From positions 1 through 64,000 of IMG/VR virus record IMGVR_UViG_3300011242_000003: 64,000 nucleotides of DNA. One strand, 5' to 3'. The notes under the pieces are model-generated. The model was not told the DNA's origin, did not search any database, and saw nothing but the letters and a program-made list of their open reading frames with translations. Position 1 is the first letter of the stretch. Each line of letters starts with the position of its first letter. The stretch comes from a virus (Duplodnaviria > Caudoviricetes). Position numbers and translations under genes: made by a program. This document shows positions 51,953 through 62,105 of this stretch, one piece after another.

Positions 51953-52216
51953 ATGAACGAATATACATTAGACCATATAACTAAAGAAAATGATAAATGG
52001 TTTGCAGAAATAAAAGATGAGAACAACAATGCTGAACACACTGGTGATATATATGGATGGGAAGGAATGAGCTATTCTTCATTAAAATGTATATTAAGTG
52101 AATATTATAATATAGACATACCTAAAATAAAGGAATTAAAGATTTTAAAGAAAACTTCAAATAGGGTTATATATGTTTTAAATCATAAAGGAGGATATAT
52201 AGAATGTTTAAAGTAG
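51953..52216 (+). CDS. Early hypothetical protein
   Basis: RBS plus ORF. Confidence 0.55.
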   Translation: MNEYTLDHITKENDKWFAEIKDENNNAEHTGDIYGWEGMSYSSLKCILSEYYNIDIPKIKELKILKKTSNRVIYVLNHKGGYIECLK

Positions 52217-52381
52217 TAATAATGTCTTATGAAGATAGTAAAATAATAAAAGAATTTGAATCCTGTCAAAGTGAAAGAACTGCCGAAACAATAGAAAGAG
52301 GAATTAATATAAATTTAAATCATGATGAATATTATACTGAGATAGTACCAGTTGATTAGAGAAAATTAGTTATAAGAGGAG

Positions 52382-53068
52382 TTGTGTAAAATGGAATGGA
52401 AAATAGAAGAATTAAAACTATATAATCAAAAGAGTGGATTGTTTTTGGGTAAAGAAAAAATTTTTGATTATGAGTCCAAAGCAACAAGAGAAGAAAAAAT
52501 TGCTTTTATAGACAATTTGACAGATGGCAAACTTAGTTACCTATTAGATTTAATTGATAAATTTAATACAGATAAAGAGGATTTACCTAAAAATAATTGG
52601 GGTTATGTAAAAACAGTATCATTAAAGGCATGGATTAATAGAAATGATACAAAATATGAACGTAAAGTAATAGATGATAAATATACTATTGGAGAGTATA
52701 ACTTGTTAGGCACAAAGAGAAATATTGATTCTAATTACAAGGGAACTTATGATACTTATGAAGATTTAGTGGATGAATTATTCCATAGACAATTAAAGAA
52801 GTGTGAATTAGCCGAGAAAGAGTGGTTTTTAGAACATGATGAGTATAGTGTATTAAGAAAAAAATTCAAAGGTAAAATGGAAAAATACAGTACAACATTT
52901 GGTATTCATATCGGTTGGAGTAGTGAAGGGAATATATATGTATATGATAAGGATAGTAAGAATAAAAGAGATATAACTATAGATGAATTGAAAGAATTAT
53001 TAGCCAAATATGAAAAGCTAGACAGATTAGTTGAGAAATTAACAGCAGAAACAAATATAAAGTATTAG
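52382..53068 (+). CDS. Early hypothetical protein
   Basis: GAGGAG RBS plus 228-aa ORF. Confidence 0.65.
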   Translation: MCKMEWKIEELKLYNQKSGLFLGKEKIFDYESKATREEKIAFIDNLTDGKLSYLLDLIDKFNTDKEDLPKNNWGYVKTVSLKAWINRNDTKYERKVIDDKYTIGEYNLLGTKRNIDSNYKGTYDTYEDLVDELFHRQLKKCELAEKEWFLEHDEYSVLRKKFKGKMEKYSTTFGIHIGWSSEGNIYVYDKDSKNKRDITIDELKELLAKYEKLDRLVEKLTAETNIKY

Positions 53069-53105
53069 TTAAAATAAAATGAAAGATTTAAAAGGGGTGT
53101 AGTAA

Positions 53106-53300
53106 ATGTTAAATAATGATAAAATAACCTGTAAATACTGCAATAGTAAAATGCATTTTGAAGGAGATGAACTACAAGATGATGATTCCTTAGTTTATCA
53201 CTTTTATTGTGAAAATTGTGAAACGGAACATGATATAACTCATTGTACAGATGGAAGTATATTATATGAGTGGGATAAAGGGAAGAGTTTGTATAAGTAA
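53106..53300 (+). CDS. Small Zn-ribbon protein
   Basis: CKYC...CENC. Confidence 0.6.
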   Translation: MLNNDKITCKYCNSKMHFEGDELQDDDSLVYHFYCENCETEHDITHCTDGSILYEWDKGKSLYK

Positions 53301-53565
53301 AAATTTTCATGAAAGATTTAAGGGGGATTTAGTAATGAATAGAGGAGATTTAACTTGTGAATTAAAAAGGATTAAAAGCAAATTAAAAGAATCAAGAAGA
53401 ATTGAATTAGATAAAGAGTATGAGGGTTTTTTGGAATCATTAGAAGAGTTGATAGATGAAGGTGTATTAAATAAAGAACAATATGATATAATTTCAGAAA
53501 AGATAAAAGATAGTTTGATGTATGGAATCCATACAGTGGTAGGAAATTATAATGATTTGATATAA
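53251..53565 (+). CDS. Early hypothetical protein (probable start MNRGDL)
   Basis: AAGGGGG RBS before the internal Met. Confidence 0.5.
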   Translation: MEVYYMSGIKGRVCISKNFHERFKGDLVMNRGDLTCELKRIKSKLKESRRIELDKEYEGFLESLEELIDEGVLNKEQYDIISEKIKDSLMYGIHTVVGNYNDLI

Positions 53566-53632
53566 GAAAAAAATATCTGATAACGTCTAACTAGATTTTG
53601 TACATATTATAAATATACAACAAAGAAAAAAT

Positions 53633-53905
53633 ATGTACTATTGGAGGGATATAGTGAAAGTAGATTTAATCAAGGATAAACAAGTTAAAGGAATGTTTCT
53701 CTTGGCAGTAACCGAGGGTACAGATATATTAGCAAAAACAGATATTGAATTTAATGTTAATGGTAAAGAAGTAAGTTTTGAGAATCTTATAAATGCAATA
53801 AATAAAAACCTCAATGGAATCTTAGATGAAAAAGTAAATCAACTAGTTAATAAAAAGATAGATAATTTCATGGATAAAGTATGCAAAATCAGGGAAGAAA
53901 TATGA
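53633..53905 (+). CDS. Early hypothetical protein
   Basis: ORF; GGAGG RBS before an internal GTG. Confidence 0.5.
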   Translation: MYYWRDIVKVDLIKDKQVKGMFLLAVTEGTDILAKTDIEFNVNGKEVSFENLINAINKNLNGILDEKVNQLVNKKIDNFMDKVCKIREEI

Positions 53906-53929
53906 TATAAATAATTAGGAGGAATAAAA

Positions 53930-54187
53930 ATGGTTGAATTTGAAGAATTTGTTAAAAATGATTGGGTCACAGATTTAAAGAAAAGAGCAAACTTGACATT
54001 AAAAAATAATATAAGATTAGAAGAATATCAATACTATAACACTAGAACTGATAAGATAATGTTTGTGACCATATGTGAAGGGAAGGTAATATATGATATG
54101 TCTGATGAATTAATGAATAATGTATTTGAACTATTTCTTGCCAATTTAAGAGATATTGGAATTAATTTAAAAAAGAATAAGGAATAA
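53930..54187 (+). CDS. Early hypothetical protein
   Basis: AGGAGG RBS plus ORF. Confidence 0.55.
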   Translation: MVEFEEFVKNDWVTDLKKRANLTLKNNIRLEEYQYYNTRTDKIMFVTICEGKVIYDMSDELMNNVFELFLANLRDIGINLKKNKE

Positions 54188-54468
54188 ATACATTATTTTA
54201 ACAGTGGTTAAATGGCTTCAGAGAGAGCGTACCACGGTACATAATATAAATACCTATTAGGAAAAAATAAGTTGTTACAAGTCAAATAAGATGTATATAG
54301 GGGGTGTTAAGCATGAGAAAAGTATCTGAAATAATTAGAAGCCAAGCAACCACAGAGTTCAAACATAAACGTCAAGATGTTATAAGAAAAACCTTAGATA
54401 AACATAAAGGCAAAGAAAACTTTCAAGAAATATTAAATCTATATATGTAAAGTAAAATATTAAATAAA

Positions 54469-54654
54469 ATGGAGGATATAACAATGGATATAGCATGGGG
54501 AGATATATTACAAATGTTAAAGATTTGGAGTGCTTATATAGGCTTATATGGAGTTCTAGGAGTATCTGTGATAGCAATAGGATTATTAATACATACTAGG
54601 TTGACTAAGGATACAAGTTGTAATATTAAGTTATTAAGAAAAATTTTATCGTAA
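54469..54654 (+). CDS. Small membrane protein
   Basis: One TM helix; GGAGG RBS before MDIAW. Confidence 0.5.
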   Translation: MEDITMDIAWGDILQMLKIWSAYIGLYGVLGVSVIAIGLLIHTRLTKDTSCNIKLLRKILS

Positions 54655-54688
54655 GTAAAGTAAAATATTAAAAATAGGGGGAATAAAA

Positions 54689-55441
54689 ATGAGGGAGAAG
54701 AAATTCACAGAATATATTATTCAAACTACATCTGTTGTAGGAGAAGTAGAAACAATTGAAGTAACTGGCATTAACAAAAGTAATTATAAAGAAATGCTAG
54801 AAGTATACAGAGATGTAAAAGAAGATTACAAAGACATATCTTGTAAAATAGACTTCATAGGAAAAAATGATGATGGGCAAGTAAAAGTATTATGGAGCAA
54901 AAACAATATAAATAATGAGCCTAAGGAATATAAGGAGAAAAGTTTTCAAGATATTGTAAGTGAGTTTTTAAATGCCACTGAAGAAAAAATAAATCAATGT
55001 AACTACGAAATATCAAAACTAGACAAAGAAACTTCAAATACTTTACACAAAATAGAATTGGTTGAGTTTGGAGATTGGGATACACAAGATGAACTTAATC
55101 AAGAAAAAATTAAGTTGGTAGATGAATTAATACCAATACTAAGCGAAAGAAGAGAATTTAAAGAAGAATTAAAATCAATAAACCAATCAAATATAATAAA
55201 TATGTCAAAGTCAATTTGTCAATCAATAAAAGATAAACAAAAGGTTAAAAATAAAAAATATACATATGAGAAAATAGTGAATGAAAAATCAAATAAAATT
55301 ATAGAAGTATCTTATAAGAATGATAAAGACAGAATAAGAATAACTTCCGCATTAAAAAGAAAATATGGAACTGTTAATATAGATGAAAGCAGAAAAATAA
55401 TTTGTGCTTATGTGAAGCGAACAGGAAAGAAAGCAATATAG
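54689..55441 (+). CDS. Hypothetical coiled-coil protein
   Basis: LHKIE...ERR..KEE pattern; RBS. Confidence 0.6.
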   Translation: MREKKFTEYIIQTTSVVGEVETIEVTGINKSNYKEMLEVYRDVKEDYKDISCKIDFIGKNDDGQVKVLWSKNNINNEPKEYKEKSFQDIVSEFLNATEEKINQCNYEISKLDKETSNTLHKIELVEFGDWDTQDELNQEKIKLVDELIPILSERREFKEELKSINQSNIINMSKSICQSIKDKQKVKNKKYTYEKIVNEKSNKIIEVSYKNDKDRIRITSALKRKYGTVNIDESRKIICAYVKRTGKKAI

Positions 55442-55456
55442 TGAGGTGAAATTAAT

Positions 55457-55732
55457 ATGGAGAAAAAGTATCAATGTAGACAATGTAATCAGATGCTAGA
55501 CCAAAAATTTTATTATAAAGATGATAGAACAGCAACAGGGTTAAAAGGAATCTGCAAACATTGTCTAAGGGAAAATTATTTAGCTAATAGAGAAAAAAGA
55601 ATAAAATATCAAACGCAATGGAATTATGAAAACGCAGACAAAGTAAGAGAGTATCAAGATAGATATAGAGATAGACAAGGTTATCAAGTAAAAATCAACT
55701 ACTACCAAGAAAAAATTAGTGTAAACGCATAA
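55457..55732 (+). CDS. Zn-finger protein
   Basis: CRQC...FY.D....GL...CKHC. Confidence 0.6.
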   Translation: MEKKYQCRQCNQMLDQKFYYKDDRTATGLKGICKHCLRENYLANREKRIKYQTQWNYENADKVREYQDRYRDRQGYQVKINYYQEKISVNA

Positions 55733-55821
55733 ATTAATTAAAACAAAATATTAAATACCTATTGTAATTATTATGTAAATATAGTACAATGTATATATAA
55801 AGGAAATGAGGCGGAGATACT

Positions 55822-56778
55822 ATGAAAGAAATATTAAATAAATATGAGAATTATTTGAGAACACAAGGAAGAAGCGAGAATACAATAAAAAACTATTGTT
55901 GTGATTTAAATAAATTTATCAAATATTTTGAAGAAGTAAAAGGTCAAGGAGATGTATTTTACTCAATTTCTGTTATAGATTTAATGGAGTATGTTAATTA
56001 TATTAAATTTCATTGTGGGAAAAACAATACAGAAGCAAACCCCAAAACAATTAATCGAAATATATCCACTCTTAAAAAATTTTATGAGTGGATGAAAAAA
56101 TGTAATATTATACATTATAATGATATGAAAGAGATAGAATTTGTGTCTACTCCAAAAAATCAAAGTGTAATTTATATGGATTTAGATGAATCTAAATGTT
56201 TTATGAGAAGTGTTATTACTGGTCAAGAAAAGAAAGAAAGATGTTCAGATTTTGCAGGAGCAAGAGATGAATTAATGTTTAAAATATATCTTGATAGTGG
56301 ATTAAGATGTGAAGAACTTTTAGATGTTAAATTAAATGACATATACTTGAAAAAGAAAATGATAAAAATTAGAAGTGGTAAGGGTGACAAAGAAAGATAT
56401 GTTCCTATAACAGATAAAACTATAGAACTATATTATAAGTATATGAAAGTTAGAGAAAAAAGAAATAAAAATAATTCTGATTATTTAATATTAAATAATA
56501 GAGGTGGACAAATGTCTAAAAGCGGTGTGTTGAAGTTAACTAAGTATTATGCTAAAAATTCACAATTAAATTCAGAATTAGCAGAAAAGATTACTCCTCA
56601 TAAACTTAGACATAGCTTTGCAACAATACAAAGTGATTTAGGTACGCCAATATCAACGATAAGCAAAACGTTAGGACATTCAAAAATTGCAACAACTCAA
56701 AATATATATATACATTTAGACACTGAAAAAATGTTAAACGCCACTAGAGAAAATTCAAAAGCTCTGGATAACTATTGA
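55822..56778 (+). CDS. Tyrosine recombinase, XerC/XerD-like
   Basis: Complete catalytic set: GLRCEE, GKGDKER, HKLRH, LGH, TTQNIY. Confidence 0.93.
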   Translation: MKEILNKYENYLRTQGRSENTIKNYCCDLNKFIKYFEEVKGQGDVFYSISVIDLMEYVNYIKFHCGKNNTEANPKTINRNISTLKKFYEWMKKCNIIHYNDMKEIEFVSTPKNQSVIYMDLDESKCFMRSVITGQEKKERCSDFAGARDELMFKIYLDSGLRCEELLDVKLNDIYLKKKMIKIRSGKGDKERYVPITDKTIELYYKYMKVREKRNKNNSDYLILNNRGGQMSKSGVLKLTKYYAKNSQLNSELAEKITPHKLRHSFATIQSDLGTPISTISKTLGHSKIATTQNIYIHLDTEKMLNATRENSKALDNY

Positions 56779-56800
56779 CGAGTAGGTATTAGGGTACTAA

Positions 56801-57058
56801 CTAGTACCCTTTTTCAATACTATTTTGTTTGTACTTACAGTTATCACAAAATTCAAAGATTTCATATGGACTTACTTCTAGGGCGTTCATTATTTTCAAG
56901 AAGGTATGTAAGGTAATAGAGCTATTATCTGTATTATTTTCGATTTTTGATACGTAACTTCTATCTACGCCAACTTTACGAGCAAGTTCAACTTGTGAAA
57001 TACCTTTATATTTTCTAATTTCTTTTATCTTAAATTTTATCATACGTTTACACCTCAA
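56801..57058 (-). CDS. XRE-family HTH regulator
   Basis: ISQVELARKVGVDRSYVSKIEN. Confidence 0.85.
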   Translation of the reverse strand: MRCKRMIKFKIKEIRKYKGISQVELARKVGVDRSYVSKIENNTDNSSITLHTFLKIMNALEVSPYEIFEFCDNCKYKQNSIEKGY

Positions 57059-57376
57059 GAAAAATATATATTTATTATTCTACATTTTCAAGTGGTAATT
57101 ATATACAATTAAAAATATTATAAAAAGTAATGCAATTCAATATAAATAAAATGTAGTAATATGGTGGTAAAATGATTAACTATATAAAATATTGAAAATA
57201 GTCATAAAATGTTTAAATGTTCCTGTCAGTCACGCTTTTACATGGTATGATTAGTATAACAAGTATTTTAAATATTTTTTAACAATCTCTTGATTTTATA
57301 AATCCATGGGTATATAATGGAAATACAGGAACGAATGTTCTTATATTATTAAATAAAATAAAAAGGAGTTGTCAAG

Positions 57377-57691
57377 ATGGGGGAAGAGAAGTTTATAACA
57401 ACAGAAGAAGAAAATTTATTGGAATTAGAATTATTTCTGATTGAATGTTATGAGAATGGAGGGTTAAGTATTAGAGGGGAATGTGTTAATGCTGAAAACA
57501 ATATAGACTACATATTTGACATGGAATACAATATATATAATAGGAATAATAAAGATATAATATTAAAAATATATAATGACACACAAGTTTTTTATGTTGA
57601 GATAAAGAATTATATTAAAAATATAAAAAATACAGAAAATGGCTTGATAATTAACAGTGTTATTGGTAAAATAGAACTTGAGAGTATATAA
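57377..57691 (+). CDS. Hypothetical protein
   Basis: AAGGAG RBS, TTGATT-17-TATAAT promoter and downstream terminator. Confidence 0.6.
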   Translation: MGEEKFITTEEENLLELELFLIECYENGGLSIRGECVNAENNIDYIFDMEYNIYNRNNKDIILKIYNDTQVFYVEIKNYIKNIKNTENGLIINSVIGKIELESI

Positions 57692-57747
57692 ATAGTTTAA
57701 AGATAGTCATTTTTGACTGTCTTTTTTGATTATTTTTAATATTTTAC

Positions 57748-59214
57748 TTGACATATGGGTATACTATGAGTATAATATATAATATAAGAAGAAATTATAT
57801 TAAAAATAAAGGGGAAAATATTATGGAAAAGTTTGAAACGCCAAAGAAGTTAATAATTGAATATAAAAAAATATTAGAAGATGAAAAATACTTCAATGAC
57901 ATAAATTTAATAAATCATTTAAGTAGTGCCTTTGCGACAAAGGGATTGCCAAGAGATATTCCTAATAAATTATTCATGGAGTTAACCACGTTAGACCAAC
58001 TAACAGAAATTGAACTAATATGGCTTACTAAAAGTTTGTATGAGTACGAAAAGAAAGTATTTGAAAGCTTTGAACCGATTAGACATTTTAGTGATTTAAA
58101 AATAATAGATGCAGAACAATATGTTGCAAAAGAAGTATATACTGACAAAATAGTATTTGAAAATATTACTAAAGTTAATGATTTTTGTTATATTAGTGGA
58201 TTTACAAAAGCTACAGATATTGCAATTTATAAAAAATCAGAGTTATTTTCTTATGAATTTGACACACAAAGAGAAGGTAAAATAAAAGAAATTGGCACAA
58301 AAGGAGCATTTGTAAAAGAAGTATCTTTAAATGCAGAGTCGGTAGTTAAAATTGGTGAAATGATTTATGATAATAAATATATTCCTGATACTTTAACGAT
58401 GAACGTGCCTTTACTCGGAGATGGCAATAGACCTCTTATAGATTATGATGAAGATAAAAGAACTTTAACAATTACACCGAATTATAATACATCTTCCAAA
58501 AGAGTGACTATATGTAATACAACTGATGGTTGGCATAGAACAAACGGAAGTGAATACGCTTATGATAAGAAAATAAAAGAGGGTAAAGACCCTAATACAA
58601 TTAAAGGTGGATTTGCAGTAATTATCACTTTAATGACTCCGAAACAAGCAAGAGAACATTTTGAAAGAATTAACACCTATAATCCTATTAGTGAAAATTA
58701 TTTAAAAACATTTAAAACAAGCAATGAGTCTAAATTTATTGAGGCTTTAGTAGATTATAATGATAGCAAAAATATATTCAATAATAATGTTTTGAGAACT
58801 TATGAGGAAACAAAGGCATTTAATAAATTAACCTATTATACTTTATTGCAAGATGCCATAAAACAAACAGACATTGATGTTACTGAGTTTCTTTCGGAAG
58901 CAGAAGAACTTCCTAAAATAGTGAAATTCATTACTAAATTTATTGATTATATAGGAGAAACTGAGTTTAAAGATAGTAATAATAAGTATAAAGATATTAA
59001 AGAAAACACTAATTTGTTAGATATGAATATATTTATTGGATATTTTGTTATTGCAGATATGATAAAATCAGAAAATGAAATAAATAAATATGTAATAGCA
59101 TTAGCAAATAAACTAAATAATGATGTAGTAAAAGAAGATTTAAGACAAATGGGATTAAACAATAAGCACTATTCAGCTAAAAAAATAGCAGATTACTTTA
59201 AAGATTTATTTTAG
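57748..59214 (+). CDS. DndB/DGQHR-like protein resembling SPbeta YopQ (SroE); probable start MEKFET at 57823
   Basis: Y.FDTQR, PDTLTMN and TDGWHR (DGQHR-like) motifs; directly upstream of a YopR-like gene. Confidence 0.65.
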   Translation: MTYGYTMSIIYNIRRNYIKNKGENIMEKFETPKKLIIEYKKILEDEKYFNDINLINHLSSAFATKGLPRDIPNKLFMELTTLDQLTEIELIWLTKSLYEYEKKVFESFEPIRHFSDLKIIDAEQYVAKEVYTDKIVFENITKVNDFCYISGFTKATDIAIYKKSELFSYEFDTQREGKIKEIGTKGAFVKEVSLNAESVVKIGEMIYDNKYIPDTLTMNVPLLGDGNRPLIDYDEDKRTLTITPNYNTSSKRVTICNTTDGWHRTNGSEYAYDKKIKEGKDPNTIKGGFAVIITLMTPKQAREHFERINTYNPISENYLKTFKTSNESKFIEALVDYNDSKNIFNNNVLRTYEETKAFNKLTYYTLLQDAIKQTDIDVTEFLSEAEELPKIVKFITKFIDYIGETEFKDSNNKYKDIKENTNLLDMNIFIGYFVIADMIKSENEINKYVIALANKLNNDVVKEDLRQMGLNNKHYSAKKIADYFKDLF

Positions 59215-59230
59215 AAAGGAGTAGGTAAAC

Positions 59231-60316
59231 ATGGAAAGACGTTTTGAAGTTCATAGTTTAGAGGATGAAGGTAGATTAAATAAAGAAGAATTAAGTAAAT
59301 TAGAAAATAGTTTCAAATCAGAAAGCATTTATATTGAAAATGAAGAATTTCTTAAATCTAAGGTTAAATACTTGTTTGATAACTACGACCATGAAAATAC
59401 GTTAGGTGTATATTGGAGAACATTTAAAAATTATATATTAACACCAGAGATTGACCTTGGTAAAAATATATATGAATTTACAAGCAATGAAGTAGAACAA
59501 ATGATGTTATCTATTCCTGCACCACGTAATGTAAAAAATACTATTTATAGATTAGCAAATTTATATATTGATTGGGCATTAAAAATAGAAAAACTAGCTA
59601 TGAGAACAAATCCGTTTGACCCATTTACGGCAGATGATTTATTAATAGTAAATAAAAAAGTTATTCAAAATGAATATATGAGTATGGATGATGTTTTCGA
59701 TATGGCTATTATTTCAGATAAAGAAGGAGTGCCATATCAGAAAATCATAGTATTTATACTAGGAAGATTGGGACTTTATGGCAAAGAAGGTTCATATTTA
59801 GCTGACCTAAGAAAAACTCATATAAATAGAGAAACTAACACTATATCAATAGTTGATGATATGACAGGTGAAATATTATCTCAAATTCCTGTTACAGATG
59901 AAAGAGTATATTATTGGTTAGAGTGTGCTGAGAATGAGACACAATACGATTATAGACCTTATATAACAGAAAATAATGTAGCAAGACGTGGAGCAGAGTT
60001 AGTATTCATAGAGTCTGATGGTAGAGTTTTAAAAAGCTATAATAAAAAATATGATAGAGTTCTCAAAGGTAATTTATATAATGCACTAAAAGAAATTTTT
60101 AGAATCAATGATAGAAAACTAATGGGATTTAAAAAACTTGTAAGATGTGCTAAGTTTGACCAATTAGATAAAAGGCTAAAAGACAACGGTAAATTGACCG
60201 TTACAGACGTTCAAGAAGTTCAGAGGATGTATGAGCCTACCTCAACCTATTCAAGCTATTACACGCTAAAACAGGACTATGAGAGTTATAACCCTAATAT
60301 TAAGATAGAGAAATAA
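59231..60316 (+). CDS. Catalytically degenerate tyrosine-recombinase-fold repressor resembling SPbeta YopR/MrpR (SroF)
   Basis: E..LGKNIYEFT..E and YIDWA...NPF motifs; GLYGKE replaces GxRxxE and there is no HxxR; paired with the YopQ-like gene. Confidence 0.65.
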   Translation: MERRFEVHSLEDEGRLNKEELSKLENSFKSESIYIENEEFLKSKVKYLFDNYDHENTLGVYWRTFKNYILTPEIDLGKNIYEFTSNEVEQMMLSIPAPRNVKNTIYRLANLYIDWALKIEKLAMRTNPFDPFTADDLLIVNKKVIQNEYMSMDDVFDMAIISDKEGVPYQKIIVFILGRLGLYGKEGSYLADLRKTHINRETNTISIVDDMTGEILSQIPVTDERVYYWLECAENETQYDYRPYITENNVARRGAELVFIESDGRVLKSYNKKYDRVLKGNLYNALKEIFRINDRKLMGFKKLVRCAKFDQLDKRLKDNGKLTVTDVQEVQRMYEPTSTYSSYYTLKQDYESYNPNIKIEK

Positions 60317-60362
60317 TCTCTATCTTTTTTATTTATTAAAAAAATATAAAATTAAGTGAATA

Positions 60363-60508
60363 AAAATATTAAATTGTGTTGACAATAGTAATAAGATACT
60401 ATATACTAATATTTGTGAGGCAGATATATCAAATATTCACAGTCAAACAAAATTAATTAAAATAAAATATTAAAAAGTATTGACTTAGCTGAATATATGG
60501 TATATACT
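60363..60508 (+). promoter_or_regulatory. Two tandem SigA promoters, each with an AAAATATTAAA box, upstream of the MazF-TPR-peptide operon
   Basis: TTGACA(60379)-17-TATACT and TTGACT(60480)-17-TATACT. Confidence 0.7.
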
Positions 60509-60546
60509 TGTAAATATAGTAAATAAATATTAAGGGGTTTTAGAAA

Positions 60547-61224
60547 ATGGTAAGAATGGATTTAGAAGAATTAAAGAAGTTAAAAAGGGGTATGGAAGAA
60601 GAAAGAAATAAACTTAGGGTAATAAGAACAATTAGAAGAGGAGATATTTATTGGTGTGATTTGGGAGATGCAAAATCTAAAGATGATAATGGAATAAAAG
60701 AAGAAGGAGAACAGGCAGGTAAAAGACCTTGTTTAATAGTACAAAACGATATCGGAAATAAATATAGTCCTACAGTAATTGTTATACCAATAAGTTCGAA
60801 AATAGAAAAATGTAAACAACCAACACATACACTAATTACTAAAGAGGATTGCCAAAGTCTTTATAAAGATAGTTATTTGGTGGGAGAACAAATTAATACT
60901 ATAACTAAAAACAAATTAGGCGACTACATAGGTCACGTAATGAATGATAAAATAATTAAAGCAATGAAGATAAGTTTAGGTTTACAAAGGATTACTACTG
61001 AAAAAGAAGATGTTTTAATAAATAAAGTTAAACATTTAAAAGAGCTTGAAATAATGATTTCAATGATGTTAGATAAATCAAATAATATTATAACTGATTT
61101 TATTAAACAGTTTGTAGATGATAGACATAATTTACTACTTGATATTAAAGAATATTGTAATAGAAACAATATGAATTTACATTACTATTATAAAAAAGAA
61201 GAATACATTAAGATAGCAATATAA
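60547..61224 (+). CDS. MazF/PemK-family endoribonuclease with N- and C-terminal helical extensions
   Basis: RRGDIYWCDL...EQAGKRPCLIVQNDIGNKYSPTVIVIPISS...EQINTITK.KL..YIG; no MazE gene is adjacent. Confidence 0.88.
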   Translation: MVRMDLEELKKLKRGMEEERNKLRVIRTIRRGDIYWCDLGDAKSKDDNGIKEEGEQAGKRPCLIVQNDIGNKYSPTVIVIPISSKIEKCKQPTHTLITKEDCQSLYKDSYLVGEQINTITKNKLGDYIGHVMNDKIIKAMKISLGLQRITTEKEDVLINKVKHLKELEIMISMMLDKSNNIITDFIKQFVDDRHNLLLDIKEYCNRNNMNLHYYYKKEEYIKIAI

Positions 61225-61254
61225 TATTTAAGAGTGTAGATGGGGGAGTAAAAA

Positions 61255-61851
61255 ATGTTAAACATTGATAATGATAGAATAAGTGTATGCACTTGCTTTG
61301 GGGACGGTGAATATGAAAAAGGACGAAAGAAATTATTTGTAATGTATAATACAAAGCTAAAAAAAATAAATAATATTGAAGATATAAGATTTATAATTCA
61401 CAATCTTGCATGGGTTGAATATTATTTAAAAAATATAGAAAGTGCTAGAAAATATTCAACTCAAATAAAAAATATATTTGAAGAAAATGATGCTTATATT
61501 AAAAATTATCCTAGTGAATATTGTAAAATATTAGATTTATACAATATTTCGCATACAGGTATAATTTCTATGGATGAAAAAATAAATCTATATAAGGAAA
61601 CATATGCCATTTACTGTAAAACGGGTTCACCAGACAGATATATGGCACTACATAATATTTATGACTTAAAAAAAGAATATTACAAAATACCTAATCTTTT
61701 AAAGGAAATGCTTTCAAATATAGGAGAACATCAAAATTTTGTATCAGAGTTTTTAAAAGATTTAGAAGAAAATGACAAGCAATCTTACGAAGAATCCCTA
61801 TTAATAATAGAGGAGTTTAAATTGAGCAATGCTTCTATAACTAGTTTATAG
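61255..61851 (+). CDS. TPR-like all-helical protein, putative peptide receptor (no HTH)
   Basis: HNLAWVEYYLKNIESARKY TPR-like repeat and a second ALHNIY helix; lies directly upstream of the pre-peptide. Confidence 0.55.
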   Translation: MLNIDNDRISVCTCFGDGEYEKGRKKLFVMYNTKLKKINNIEDIRFIIHNLAWVEYYLKNIESARKYSTQIKNIFEENDAYIKNYPSEYCKILDLYNISHTGIISMDEKINLYKETYAIYCKTGSPDRYMALHNIYDLKKEYYKIPNLLKEMLSNIGEHQNFVSEFLKDLEENDKQSYEESLLIIEEFKLSNASITSL

Positions 61852-61888
61852 AAGATTGACTATAGATATACTAAAGGAGGAAATTAAC

Positions 61889-62077
61889 ATGAAAAAAACA
61901 ACAAAGAAAACAATTTTAATTTTAGGAGGTATGGCATTAGTATTATCATTAATCATTATGCCAATGGCAAAAGGTGAAGGACAAGGTAGTTGGGGTATGG
62001 AGGATTATAGACCATTTGGCACAGGAGAAGGTCAGGGAAGTTGGGGTATGGAATTGCCAACATATTTTAACCGTTAA
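61889..62077 (+). CDS. Secreted signalling pre-peptide, 62 aa, with two copies of GEGQGSWGME
   Basis: AAGGAGG RBS; basic n-region plus hydrophobic h-region; repeats at 61973-62002 and 62024-62053. Confidence 0.8.
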   Translation: MKKTTKKTILILGGMALVLSLIIMPMAKGEGQGSWGMEDYRPFGTGEGQGSWGMELPTYFNR

Positions 62078-62105
62078 GTAAAAGAACATAGACATAATAT
62101 TTACT

